Made by a program: the position numbers and the translations under genes. Below are positions 13,578 to 24,000 of a stretch of DNA of 64,000 bases, one piece after another. Under the pieces are notes generated by a model, which did no database searches, was not told the origin of the DNA, and was given only the letters and a program-made list of their open reading frames with translations. Source of the stretch: Balanoglossus misakiensis (lineage: Eukaryota; Animalia; Hemichordata); NCBI GenBank assembly GCA_040954595.2, contig CM082591.2, positions 671,882-735,881 on the forward strand. The letters are read 5' to 3'. Position 1 is the stretch's first letter, and every line of letters begins with the position of its first letter.

Positions 13578-13900
13578 TTATCTTTTGCTCTCACCGTTTT
13601 TCTGTTTGAGAAAATATTTTTGGATGTAGTTGGGATTAAATTTGTAATGGAGTCTTCTCCTGAATTCCTGAAATATGCCCTTCTTCCCATAATGCCTCAG
13701 GGCCCTCGCCATCTTGGAATACGTCATCAATGACTTGTTTCCCTTCCGCTCTCCCCACATCCGGGCAAATCTGTCCTTGTTCTCCGACACGAATCTGAAA
13801 AGTCCCTCTTCTTTCTTGACCCACACTAAAGCGTCTGACATGGCCGGGTCATTCAGTCCCTCCAGAAGAAATCGCCACAAAATAGGGTGGACTTTCTTCC
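13578..13900 (-). CDS. spi: Spi-like gene last exon: ETS DNA-binding domain
   Basis: Acceptor TTTTTCAG at 13902-13901; encodes KKVHPILWRFLLEGLNDPAMSDALVWVKKEEGLFRFVSENKDRFARMWGERKGNKSLMTYSKMARALRHYGKKGIFQEFRRRLHYKF; stop TAA 13580-13578. Confidence 0.95.
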
Positions 13901-16427
13901 CTGAAAAATAAGTAAATATATCAAAATTACAAAAAAATATTACAAACATTACAAAATTAACGACAGAAAATTCTAGTAACACAATAAAATAGACAAAAAC
14001 AATAGTATTTCTGTTGAAAGCGGGTTTAAAGATAATTGGAACGTACGTTTCTCAAAGCCAGGAGGTTTAGGTTTTGGGGGCCGACCTCGTTTCCGTTTAA
14101 CTAACATAGGTCGCTCAGGTCTGCTCAGAACTGTGGCTTTCGAGAGTTGAATTGCAGGTGCATCTGGTATCGGTGGAAGAATGCCATCTTTGGGTTCACT
14201 TCCGGAATTGGGAATTGCTGGGGCGACCCCTTCACACATCATTTCACCAGTTTCAGTTTTGACTTGAACTTTTCTTTCGTCCGTATTGTAGAAGTTGATA
14301 TGTAATGGCGCTTGACGATCGTCATATTGGTGAGTCTCAATTTTCACCTTGGGTGTATGATCGGCCATCTTGGTTGAGGCACTCTGGGAGTTCAAAAGTA
14401 CGACAGGGGCCTTGTTCCTATAGTCGTCCACCCTGTATGAGTTTAATGTTAACACAGACGCTCTTTCTTGAATATTTCCATCAATCTTGTTCAAGGAATT
14501 GTTGGAGTTCAATGCCACGGCTGCCAATCTTGCCCTACAATCATTGTCTTCCAACTTGACTTCCTTTACCTCGCCCGCCATCTTGATTTCTCCCTTCGAT
14601 TCAGCAACACTTGAGGGCAGTGCATTCATGTCGTCCGCCTTCACCTCTGCTCTGGCGTTCTCCCTCGTTTGTGACCTTTCACCTCTAGATTCCAATCTGT
14701 CAAGTTCATTGCTTGGGTCTGACTCTTTTGTCTTCTTCAACGACAAGTCCAGGCAACCCAGATGATCGGTACGCTGTCTCGATGAATGTGTGCTCAAATC
14801 TAGCGCCTTTGGCTCCTCTTCGACTGCTCTCTTCGCCGTTGTCTTGTGCATGGGTATTGCAATATATCGGGACACGGGCTGCGGCTTAAGAAACAAAGAA
14901 AAGATTGCGTAGGATTTATTAAAACTCTACGTGTTAACTGTCCCAGACAGTTGGTACGCAGAACTATGTGAACAGGAAATCATTCAGTTTCAATTACTTG
15001 TACTGTAGAATGCTATGACATCAATGGGCGTCCACCAATAGCAGACACGCCAATAATCAACCAGGAAGTGTAACTTTGAAACCATATTTTGTTCCCAGGT
15101 ACAGTAATTGTGTCATATTTATTAACATGAACAGTTCCACCTAAACATTAAATTTGTAATGTCCAAATTGGTTACTAACACAATGCAATCAATACACCCT
15201 TGTGTTGATACGCGGCTACGTTTAGTCATTTTGATAAATCTGGCTCAGTCAATCCCGGGGATTAACAGTTTCCGCTTCCGTCACTCAGTAATTTATAGGC
15301 AGTAAAAGAATCATGGACGCCGGAATTTCTCATATCAAACGGAGATAAAGGCCTGTCAATATTTATAGAAAAAAAACTAACTTACTGAATATTGTAGCGT
15401 TTGACGAGGTACTGTCTGGTAGCGCTGTTGTTGCAGAAGTTGTTGTTGCTGCTGCTGCTGTTGTTGTTGTTGATGATGTTGTTGTTGTTGTTCTTCGTGA
15501 TGAGGATGATGAAATATGGGCTCCTCGATGTGTAGTTTAGGTGCGAAATCTTTTCGTACCATTTCTCGTTCCCTTGCCACACTGTGAATCATTTCCTCGA
15601 TTTTCAACGGTTCGACTGAAAGAAAGTAGGAGAGGTGAACGCATGCCTCTCGGACGAAAGTGTGTTAGCAATGGTGCAATGCATGGCGCATTTAACCAAA
15701 TATTACAGGGATACGATCATTTAATTAACATACAAATGTAAGCCCATAATTGGTCAAAGGGGCGTGTCTAAGTCTTCTATTGACCATCTAACGGTGTATT
15801 TTTGGAGTGGCTGTGCAGATTTAAACTTCAGAAAAAATGACTTTTTATGAGTCCTCCAAACATTTCGATTCTGCGATCTATTAAACAACAGGGCGTTCAA
15901 CATGAAATTCGTGCATTGACAAGCCTCGGTAACATCAATAAAAACCTTTATGTTGTCTCAGATCTTTCCTACGGCCATCCAATCAACTTTTACGTCGCTT
16001 TGTCCTGTTTTACCGAATTACAACCTTGGGTGACGCCTTCGACAGCAGATAACAAATTCTCGAAAAGCACATGATTACAACTAGTGTGAAGGCAACAGTT
16101 TATACGTCAAGAAAACTATAATTTTATGGACGACCACATACCTGTTTTCCAAAACTGTAAGTGCTGGTACAAGATATCTACATTGTCTCCCTGTGTACAG
16201 AAGATTTCATGTAATTGTTGCTCGTTCATGAAGCAAAGCATGGGACCTGTTATGCCATGATTGATGATGTGTCTGCTGAAATGGTTGTCCAGAGAGCAAC
16301 ACTCGCTGAGCCAATGGAACCAGAGAGCCGCTTGCTGACAAGTCCAAGTAGACGGATCTGTAATCGAGAGAGAGGGGGGGGGATACAGAGAGAGGGGGGA
16401 GAGAGATACAGAGGGAGAGAAGGGGGG

Positions 16428-16472
<45 letters not shown>

Positions 16473-16505
16473 GTGAGAGAGATACAGAGAGAGAGAGAGA
16501 GACAT

Positions 16506-16536
<31 letters not shown>

Positions 16537-19500
16537 AAGCCGAAGACAAGTCAGGCATTTCGTTTCAGAAGGGAGAGGTGTGTATAGATTAAACCAAGTT
16601 ACCAGACTAAGACTGCTCTTACCAGAAAACACACACGAACAGTACGAGGTCTGCAAACCGTTTGCCCTTCAACTGACAAGGCGCATTGCTATAAGGAAAC
16701 AGGCGCCCGTTTATTTTTGTTTGTTCACTGTTCCCATGTAACGTTTCCTTGTCCAGGGACTTCCAAATGTACAAGTCAGAGGTTAACATTTTGGTTCACA
16801 ATCCACTCTACGGCTTCCTAAAAATACCAACATTAAACCTAGCAACTGTCAAAATTCACAAGGATAGTGTGTGGAGTCAATCTGTATACACGGACAGTCT
16901 CCCTTCAATTGCTACGTTTTCCTGTAAAGAGAATTTACCTGCAATATTGATGTAGATATACCCACTAACTCTGTTTTCTTGGCACGGATGTGCAAACAGC
17001 GCTTAAGCTTAATCCAGTACAAACAGTAAGTAACACGAAAAACGTGTCAAAAGATGGCGACGTCACACAAGCCACTCTGCATGACTAACGGACGCTTCAA
17101 TCATGGATTTCCGTTGTCAACAGAAGGTCGCACCTTAGTTTACCAGGCTTTTGGTATTTTCTAGTCTTACTACTTAGGATAAAGAAGAATTTCTCTGTAC
17201 ACTATGTTGTCTACATGTCCATGTGGTTGCTAAGCATGGAATGGAAACGAGGGCAAAATTCACAAAGCTAGAATTAGTCCAGCGTGAACTCCATGCACAT
17301 GTACTACTATCGCTAGCATTGGCATTGTCTAAGAATAAGAAGTCCTTCTGAAAGAGTGTTATGTCAATCAACACGTTGAGTGGGCGTGGCATACGCGTAC
17401 GCCTATACTGGGCCCTCGTATTTTTGACGATGGCGCGAAGAAACACACAACTTTGTTAATTTCCCGATAATTCGACATTTGAGTTCAACTGCAGATCTGC
17501 AAAATATCATCGTGCAGACAGCTGAAGGGGGTTGAACAATCATATCGCTACCCCTCCACCGGTCTTTGCACCCGGAAACCGAATGAGGAAATAAAACTGA
17601 AAAATAAACTTCGAGAAGTTCAGACTCTTTCAGGGTCGCAACAATAATATTTGCAAACGTAAGAAAGAGAGTCATAAACTCTTGTTTATCGTGCATGTGT
17701 TGATGTTGTGGGCTCTTATTTTCGATGTGCGCACTGAGAAACTTGAAGAAAGTTTGTCACGTGCGATGTTGCAGACCCGTAATGTATATAGAATGCATGC
17801 ATGCCGTTGTTGATAACCGTAGTATAGCTGTTTATAGGTAAGAGTGAAATCTCAACGTTAACCTACCTGGGGGAAGCCCCTTTTCTCGATAGGCCTTCCA
17901 TTTATCCCGTTTGATCTGACTGGTGATCTCTCTGTCAATGATTTCCCGCATTTTATCTTCTGAGATATTGACTTCCATGTAAGAGTTCCTTGGCACCTGA
18001 AAAATGGATGCAATTTAAAATGTCACGCTTCAAGACAAATTAAAAAGTAGCTGGCAGAAATTTAGCACCCCCAGTGAGGGTATATTTCATCCTCAATATA
18101 ATAAATACGGCTGGCCTAAGTGGTCCACAAGTATTTGAAACTCACAGACATTTTGAAAAGAGTCGCGATTTTTTTCTATTCGTAGCTAGGCGAAGGAACA
18201 TTACAAATCCACACTCATGTATGTAGTTTTTTTGTTTCATTCTTTTATATTTCCATTTATTTTCATCGGTATTGGTATTGGTAGAGTGACGCGGGGGACC
18301 ACGGAAATTGTCCTTTTAAGCCATCTGGACACAGTACTGCTATTTTGAAATTCTTTGTCCAGACTCCAGAATTTATTATTAGATATAAACTTCGTATAAA
18401 TGGATAAAGCTTGTCACTTCCTCTTCATTAATAAATAGCACAGGCGGCATTTGAGATTTTGGTGGAAGTCGCCACTTCCCTCTCTGTTGTTTAAACACCG
18501 AAATTCGATAATATCCGATCCGCCCTTTTCTAGCTTTTTGTGGAGCGTTGACCTTAAGTTATCTTATCTCCGGTTGCAATATTGTAGTTTCTAGCTGCCC
18601 CTGTTAATAAATGATTCGGAATATCTGCAACACTACGTCGATCGTATAACAGTTAAAGAGGAACTGTGGCTGTACCCCGCACCATGCACTGCCATAGTGC
18701 GCTAACCAGTTCAGTTGATTTTTCTGAAATCCTACTGCTTTTATACTACAGCTCCTTTCTCACAAGTGCCCGGATATCCACAGAACACGGTCCTTATGTG
18801 TCATGAAAAGCGATGGATTTTCTTTGGTTGATTATTGACGCGCACACACTTTGTGTTTACGTCATCACTACGGGAGTAGTTCGGGACAACATACCTCGTT
18901 GACGACCGCACGTATACAGTACTCTACGTTACACCTGGCGCTTCCGATCCACTAAAGCATATTCAGTAAGCACTCGTATACCGAAAAATATATTAAAACG
19001 TTGCTAAATTATTACGTTCCTTGACCGAAGCGATAACAATTATTTTGACATAGAACTTCCTACAGGTAGTCTGGCATACTTACTTCCTATAGGTAGAAGA
19101 GAGACCATGTTTTGTCGGATGACAATAACGCGAGTGGTAGTATGAATAGGCGGGAAGTAGTCAATAAAATTCTGAACAACTGACCGCTCCCACCTTCATT
19201 TGTCCTTAGGATACAAAAACTGAAGGTCAGGCAGCGCAGGTGGGGTTGTCGGGCAAGGGCAGTAATGTTACATATCACGCATGAGAACACTTTGCCATTA
19301 TGGAGAAAAAAACACAACATAAACTGGACTTTATAAGACAGCACCTGCAACCGTCGATCGGGGTTTGGTTATGTGGATTGGAAATCAGTCAAATAGGCAG
19401 AGCTTTCTAACACGTGAATTTCGATGTAATTGCGCGATAATATTAGTCTTACGTTAGATATTCGCTATGTTATTCGGTCTCTCCAATGATCTTGCTGACA

Positions 19501-22500
19501 GCTGCGTCGTCCGGCGAAATGTATGATTGAATGACTTCCTACTCGGAGCACGTGGTATGTGAAAACACGCCCTGGTTACATATCTATAACTATTTTATTC
19601 ATTAATAAATCATAACCTTAATTACTGTGGCATTATTGAAAGGAAAACTAGTATAACAGCACAGAACAGTCACGAATATCAAATAAAATATTTATTTTGG
19701 CGTGACATGTACAGGTGTTTAAAACTGTAACCCGGGAAATACGTCGAATTTCATCCGGGTGATTTTTGCTATGTTGGCAGGTATTATGTTGTTGATATGA
19801 TTATTTTGTGTGTGTGTCCCGTTTGAGACCTTTTCCAATCGAATTCTTCACAGGGACTTCCTCTACTTCGTTGGAGTGTGCACGATTATCTCTGATCGCG
19901 CTTTGGAGAGATTAAACTGAAACTGACAAGGAAAGGTATTTTGGTCTATTGGGGCAGTTTTGGCCAATAGAGGGGAACAGTATCCGACCGTCTGTCGCGC
20001 TGCTGCCATAGATCTTCTTCATGCAGGATATACTTATAAAGAATGAGTCACCCAACACTATGATCCGAGTGGAATGTGCTGTGACCCGTCGCGGCGCGGT
20101 GTTCTATTCAAATGCAAGGCCAGTCAGTAACCAGGCGAACAACCGTCGTGCGTCAGGAAGTGTGCTACCGGTACTGCCCAGTCGTGCTGGTGTCGTGTCA
20201 GTCTTAAAATCATGTGTACCAGAACGGGGCGCTTCGACGCTGTTCAGAATACACAACTGATAAATGCACACGCTTGTAAGAATCCCTAACAGATAGGCCC
20301 AAGTTGTTCAATAAAAGATGCCGGGTTACCACTGCGACCGAGGTGTTGATTACCATCTTTTAACACAAGGGGTTATTTGTCATCTGATTTGAATGTTCAA
20401 CAAACTGCTCACTAGGGACTTACCTCAGATACAGACAGCCAGGGACAGTACCCGTTTACGAGTAAATACCTAAATCGTAGAAGATCCATTGGGTTGACGT
20501 GATAAGGGGAAGCCCCTTCTATGGCTGCGGTGACCGACTATACTGGTTGGATGACCTCTTTTGGCCTATGTGTTTATATTATACGTATCTACACATTGGA
20601 GACCATGGTAACCACTGTTGGCGGTGATCGACACTACTTCTGAGTCAGCACAGCGCTGTGTTGAACTGACGACGGTTAGGGGCTCGTATCTGCCACGATC
20701 AGGTGCGCAAAGTTATCGCCACCTTTGCAAAAGTTTGTGGTCGGCTCGACAACTATTCAAGCTCGTACCAAACGGCGCAGTCGCAGCTGATTATCGTATG
20801 TGCGGTTCAAAGTTCACTTGGCAAGCCAACAAAAGCGAACGGGGAACTGTCAATAGCGAAAACAGTAAGGGGTGTAGCCATAAACTGTCACTATGTCATA
20901 ATCGCTGCACACAGTCATCCACCTGTGTAGTTTTTCATCGCAAAAAAGTGAGATTTTTATCAGTTTTTTGAAAGATATCAAGAATATAATCAGTGTTAGG
21001 CATTCGTTGTGCCACAAAGCTAAGTTCAATAGAACTTCAAACCTGGCAGATATCGATCGCAATGGCCTTGAAAGAGGTCTCTGTGATTGTGTTTAGAATT
21101 GGACGTGAGAGGCAAATAAAAGAAGAATGCTTTGGCCCACATAATGGTCCCAGGTAGATCGTGCTCTGATCACAGTGGTCGGTAACAAAGCACCCCGCGC
21201 TCCAGCAAAGCTGAAAGGTGTTTTAACAATGGCGAACGAGTGACTATAATTTGCAAAGGACACGTCGAAACTTGTGTGTAGCTGAGATTTGTGAAGTAAG
21301 GCATTGACCTTAACTTGCGAGGATGGGACTGAGGCCGAAGAATATTTTATTTCCGAAAAGTGGGTGACGACTTGAAATATTAGCGTTCTCAAAGAAAAAT
21401 ATTTGTTAAGCATTGGTAAATATCACCGAGATTACACCACCCGTTCTAAATTTGCTTGGAGAAAAGCCATGCTGTGCCATTAGTACAGTCGGCGAAATCA
21501 GGTCACCGTATCAGAGATTGTCAGTCACGATCTTCAAAACAAACACAACAAGGCGATATCGACATTGCCAGAGAATAATAAAGGGAAGATTTACTTTTCG
21601 TGTTGATAATTTCATCCGTCATCTTGTCATGCCCCTGCCCAATAAGAATAGTAAATATTCTGCAGAAATATCATCAAAAAGAGAATCCCAAACGCAAATC
21701 CTGAAATTTTACAATAGGTATATTCATTATTATGTAAGTGGTCTCGTTACAGTCCCATGGAAGTAGAAAACTCTCAGTGATTAAACGATTATTCATGATT
21801 TTTGGTTAAGTTTGTTGTGCCACGGATTCCTCGACGCTGCAATCCAGCTTTCTCGTTTGGTTCAAAACAGGCATTTCTGTCACAAATCATCGGTTCGTGA
21901 CTCACAACCCCGCCAAATTGATAACGCTATCTAAACGGGAAGGAGTGTCAATAAAAAACTTGAAAGCCGGCGATATGCAACTATGGCATTTTTGGCAACA
22001 CGCCAAATCACGTGAGAACTCGACACTGGTACCTGCGCAGGTGATAATAACTGCCATCGAAAAAACTTTTCATCACTTGTGATGAACTAATTAAACCGCC
22101 TACTTTGTACTGAAAGTACAGATGACTTGACGAATAATGTCTTAAGACTCTTGAGTCGAAAATTGGCACCCAAAGCAGTACATTTTGACCAACAGAGAAG
22201 AGAATGACGTAACTTCGCCAACTCGTAATAAGGTCAAAAAAGCCTGTTCGAATTAGACAAATGATAACCACTTGGCTTGTTTGAGATCGACTCTTGCCCC
22301 TCAGATAGGTAACATGGTGAACCACTTATTTATCACGGGTCTGTGGATAGATAGGTTACCGTGACAGTCAGCGTAGAGCGACCACTGTTGAACACAGGTG
22401 GCGTTGTCAAGAACCAGTTATCAGCATGACCACGTGACCAATCAGCTGTTCCCGTAATTGCAATGAATAAAGCTGCGTCTCTGGTAGTATTCACCAAAGA

Positions 22501-23395
22501 AACTTCATCCATGAAAAACTTCTGACGCGTTAAACAATTTCTCATTTTTTAAAAGTTTCCTGTGAAGGGATTTGTCTGCAAAAGGCCACGTGTCTGATGC
22601 ACTACTGGCCGGGCATATGTATGTTTGTACGGTGCATGTCTGACACGCACGCCATGCGCCAACACCAGACCTGATTTGACAGACCTGGTGAACTTTAGTT
22701 GTGCATGAGAGCAGACGGTGCATAGATTCAGGATTGGAGTCAAAGTTGGCGACAACTATAAACGTAAACTATTAAAGTTCCACTTCCTCTGTGGTAAATT
22801 CCAACATTCAAAACTATCTTTGTTAGTTTAGACAAAATCAACCTGGAAACTTCCTCTTTCCAAGAAGCGCTGCTAACATTTGCAAACCGAAAGAATATCA
22901 TTGGTACGCCTTTCTCTAATTAATTTTCATTATGCAAATCTTTTCTATATTTGGCACAAAAGCATCAGTGTTCTGTGCCTTAAAATTCAGTACGCTTAAA
23001 CTGAGACTCGGAGCCCATGTAATCTCTTGGAAAAAAGCAGCAACTAACTAGCTTTGTTTCCAAGCAAATCGTGAACTTAAACTTACTTTGATTTGGTGCG
23101 ACCCGTTTAAATTTTCTTACTGGTATTGCCACCCCAAAATTCGTTGAATCCACCAAACTAAGCGCAAATTATAATTGATATCCTCGATGAAGATGTACAG
23201 CGGAATAAAAACTTATTTTTAATATGTCGGTGCGCATGTTAAACTACTCACCATTTCCCGCAATCGTTTCCGCCCATTCGTTCCTTCCTCGTCATTTATT
23301 TCGTGATTCTGGGTGACAAGTTTTTCGGAATTCGGCGTCGCCATTGTTGCTTCTTTCGGCTTCTGGACTTGGTCACCATTCGACTGCCCGTGCAT
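13578..23395 (-). CDS. spi: SPI/PU.1-subfamily ETS transcription factor with PNT/SAM domain and AT-hook; spliced model join(23395-23252,17996-17867,16357-16142,15615-15386,14878-14047,13900-13578), ~624 aa
   Basis: All introns GT-AG with matching phases (0,1,1,0,1); joined length 1875 nt is a multiple of 3. ETS domain carries the SPI hallmarks FVSENK and WGxRKGN..MTYxKMARALRxYGKxG. The first exon is less certain than the other five. Confidence 0.85.
14047..14878 (-). CDS. spi: Spi-like gene exon 5: long linker with LDLS motifs, SUMO-type motifs and AT-hook (KRKRGRPPKP)
   Basis: Inside the 307-aa ORF 13973-14896; donor GTACGT at 14046 gives C+GG=Arg with the ETS exon. Acceptor is CAG (14881-14879) or the in-frame AAG 6 nt upstream (exon start 14884). 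Confidence 0.88.
15386..15615 (-). CDS. spi: Spi-like gene exon 4: His/Gln-rich (poly-Q) segment
   Basis: Acceptor CTTTCTTTCAG (15617-15616), donor GTAAGT (15385); phase 1 to 0; encodes EPLKIEEMIH...HHPHHEEQQQQHHQ11LLQQQRY...QYS. Confidence 0.88.
16142..16357 (-). CDS. spi: Spi-like gene exon 3: PNT (SAM-Pointed) domain core
   Basis: DPSTWTCQQAALWFHWL...GPMLCFMNEQQL...DILYQHLQFWK matches the PNT pattern DPxxWxxxxVxxWLxW...GxxLCxM...DILxxHL; acceptor TACAG, donor GTATGT; 216 nt, phase 1-1. Confidence 0.9.
16366..16536. repeat. (GA)n/(CT)n polypurine-polypyrimidine microsatellite abutting the PNT exon acceptor
   Basis: ~170 bp of GA repeats with G runs and GATACA interruptions. Confidence 0.95.
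17867..17996 (-). CDS. spi: Spi-like gene exon 2: N-terminal lead into the PNT domain
   Basis: Not in the ORF track. TTTTTCAG acceptor, GTAGGT donor; encodes VPRNSYMEVNISEDKMREIIDREITSQIKRDKWKAYREKGLPP, joining to give GLPP-DPSTW (cf. PNT GIPxDPxxW). Confidence 0.85.
23252..23395 (-). CDS. spi: Probable first coding exon of the Spi-like gene (MHGQSNGDQVQKPKEATMATPNSEK...RKRLREM)
   Basis: ATGs in good context at 23395 and 23344 (ACAATGG), strong donor ATG|GTGAGT at 23251, phase 0 matching exon 2, promoter-like motifs just upstream. No homology support. Confidence 0.6.
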
Positions 23396-23539
23396 TGTAG
23401 AATTTTTTCGGCGAAAACGCCTGGAAGTTAGAATTTGACTGAATGGGTGAAGACTGGATACCAGTTTTGAGCAAGCCAAAGAACTATTTGTCTTCTTGGC
23501 AGTATTCGACTTGTGGATGGCGGACCAGGACTAGTTTCG

Positions 23540-23750
23540 GAGATTGATTTGTCTGGTTGTTGCTATCTACCTGGTGACCGTTTTTATATTTTGACTGCCG
23601 CGAATTCGCTCCTATTAAGTACAGGTTATCGCCCATTTCCTATGAACCGAAATGATTACCATCGATGTCCTACTATCCTGATTGGCCAAGCCAGACCCTG
23701 TGACGTAAATGGTATCTCATCCATGGCAGTATTGCTTCACCAATAGGCTT
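23540..23750 (-). promoter_or_regulatory. Candidate proximal promoter of the Spi-like gene
   Basis: CCAAT boxes (~23681 and ~23740) and CRE-like TGACGTAA (23701) just 5' of the putative first exon. Confidence 0.45.
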
Positions 23751-23967
23751 CAATATTTAATACAGCGAAACAAAAAATGTGGTGATTCTTGTTAAAGATT
23801 TGAGGAACTTGATGGTATCAGTGGATGCCTCTTGACTTTTTCTTCATAGAAAAGTAGTGATGTCATAATTAAACCATTAATATATTTTATGTACAAATAA
23901 AAACTCATATGACTATATAGTATAAACGTATGTTATTTTGCATTATTGATTGCACTACTATTATTAT

Positions 23968-24000
23968 TGAATGAATGAATGAATGAATGAATGAATGAAT
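23968..24000. repeat. (TGAA)n microsatellite
   Basis: About 8 perfect copies. Confidence 0.9.

Noticed and set aside
13903-14046. ORF-track extensions MLLEFSVV... and ...LLFLSILLCY as coding sequence
   Set aside because: They are read-through into the 146-bp GT-AG intron 13901-14046.
14305-14765. Plus-strand ORFs of 84 and 92 aa
   Set aside because: Antisense shadows of the Spi coding exon.
16207-16656. SL/ER-rich ORFs
   Set aside because: Translations of the (GA)n microsatellite.
20021-22755. Several 60-117 aa ORFs on both strands
   Set aside because: No recognisable domains; length is compatible with chance in locally higher-GC intronic or regulatory DNA.
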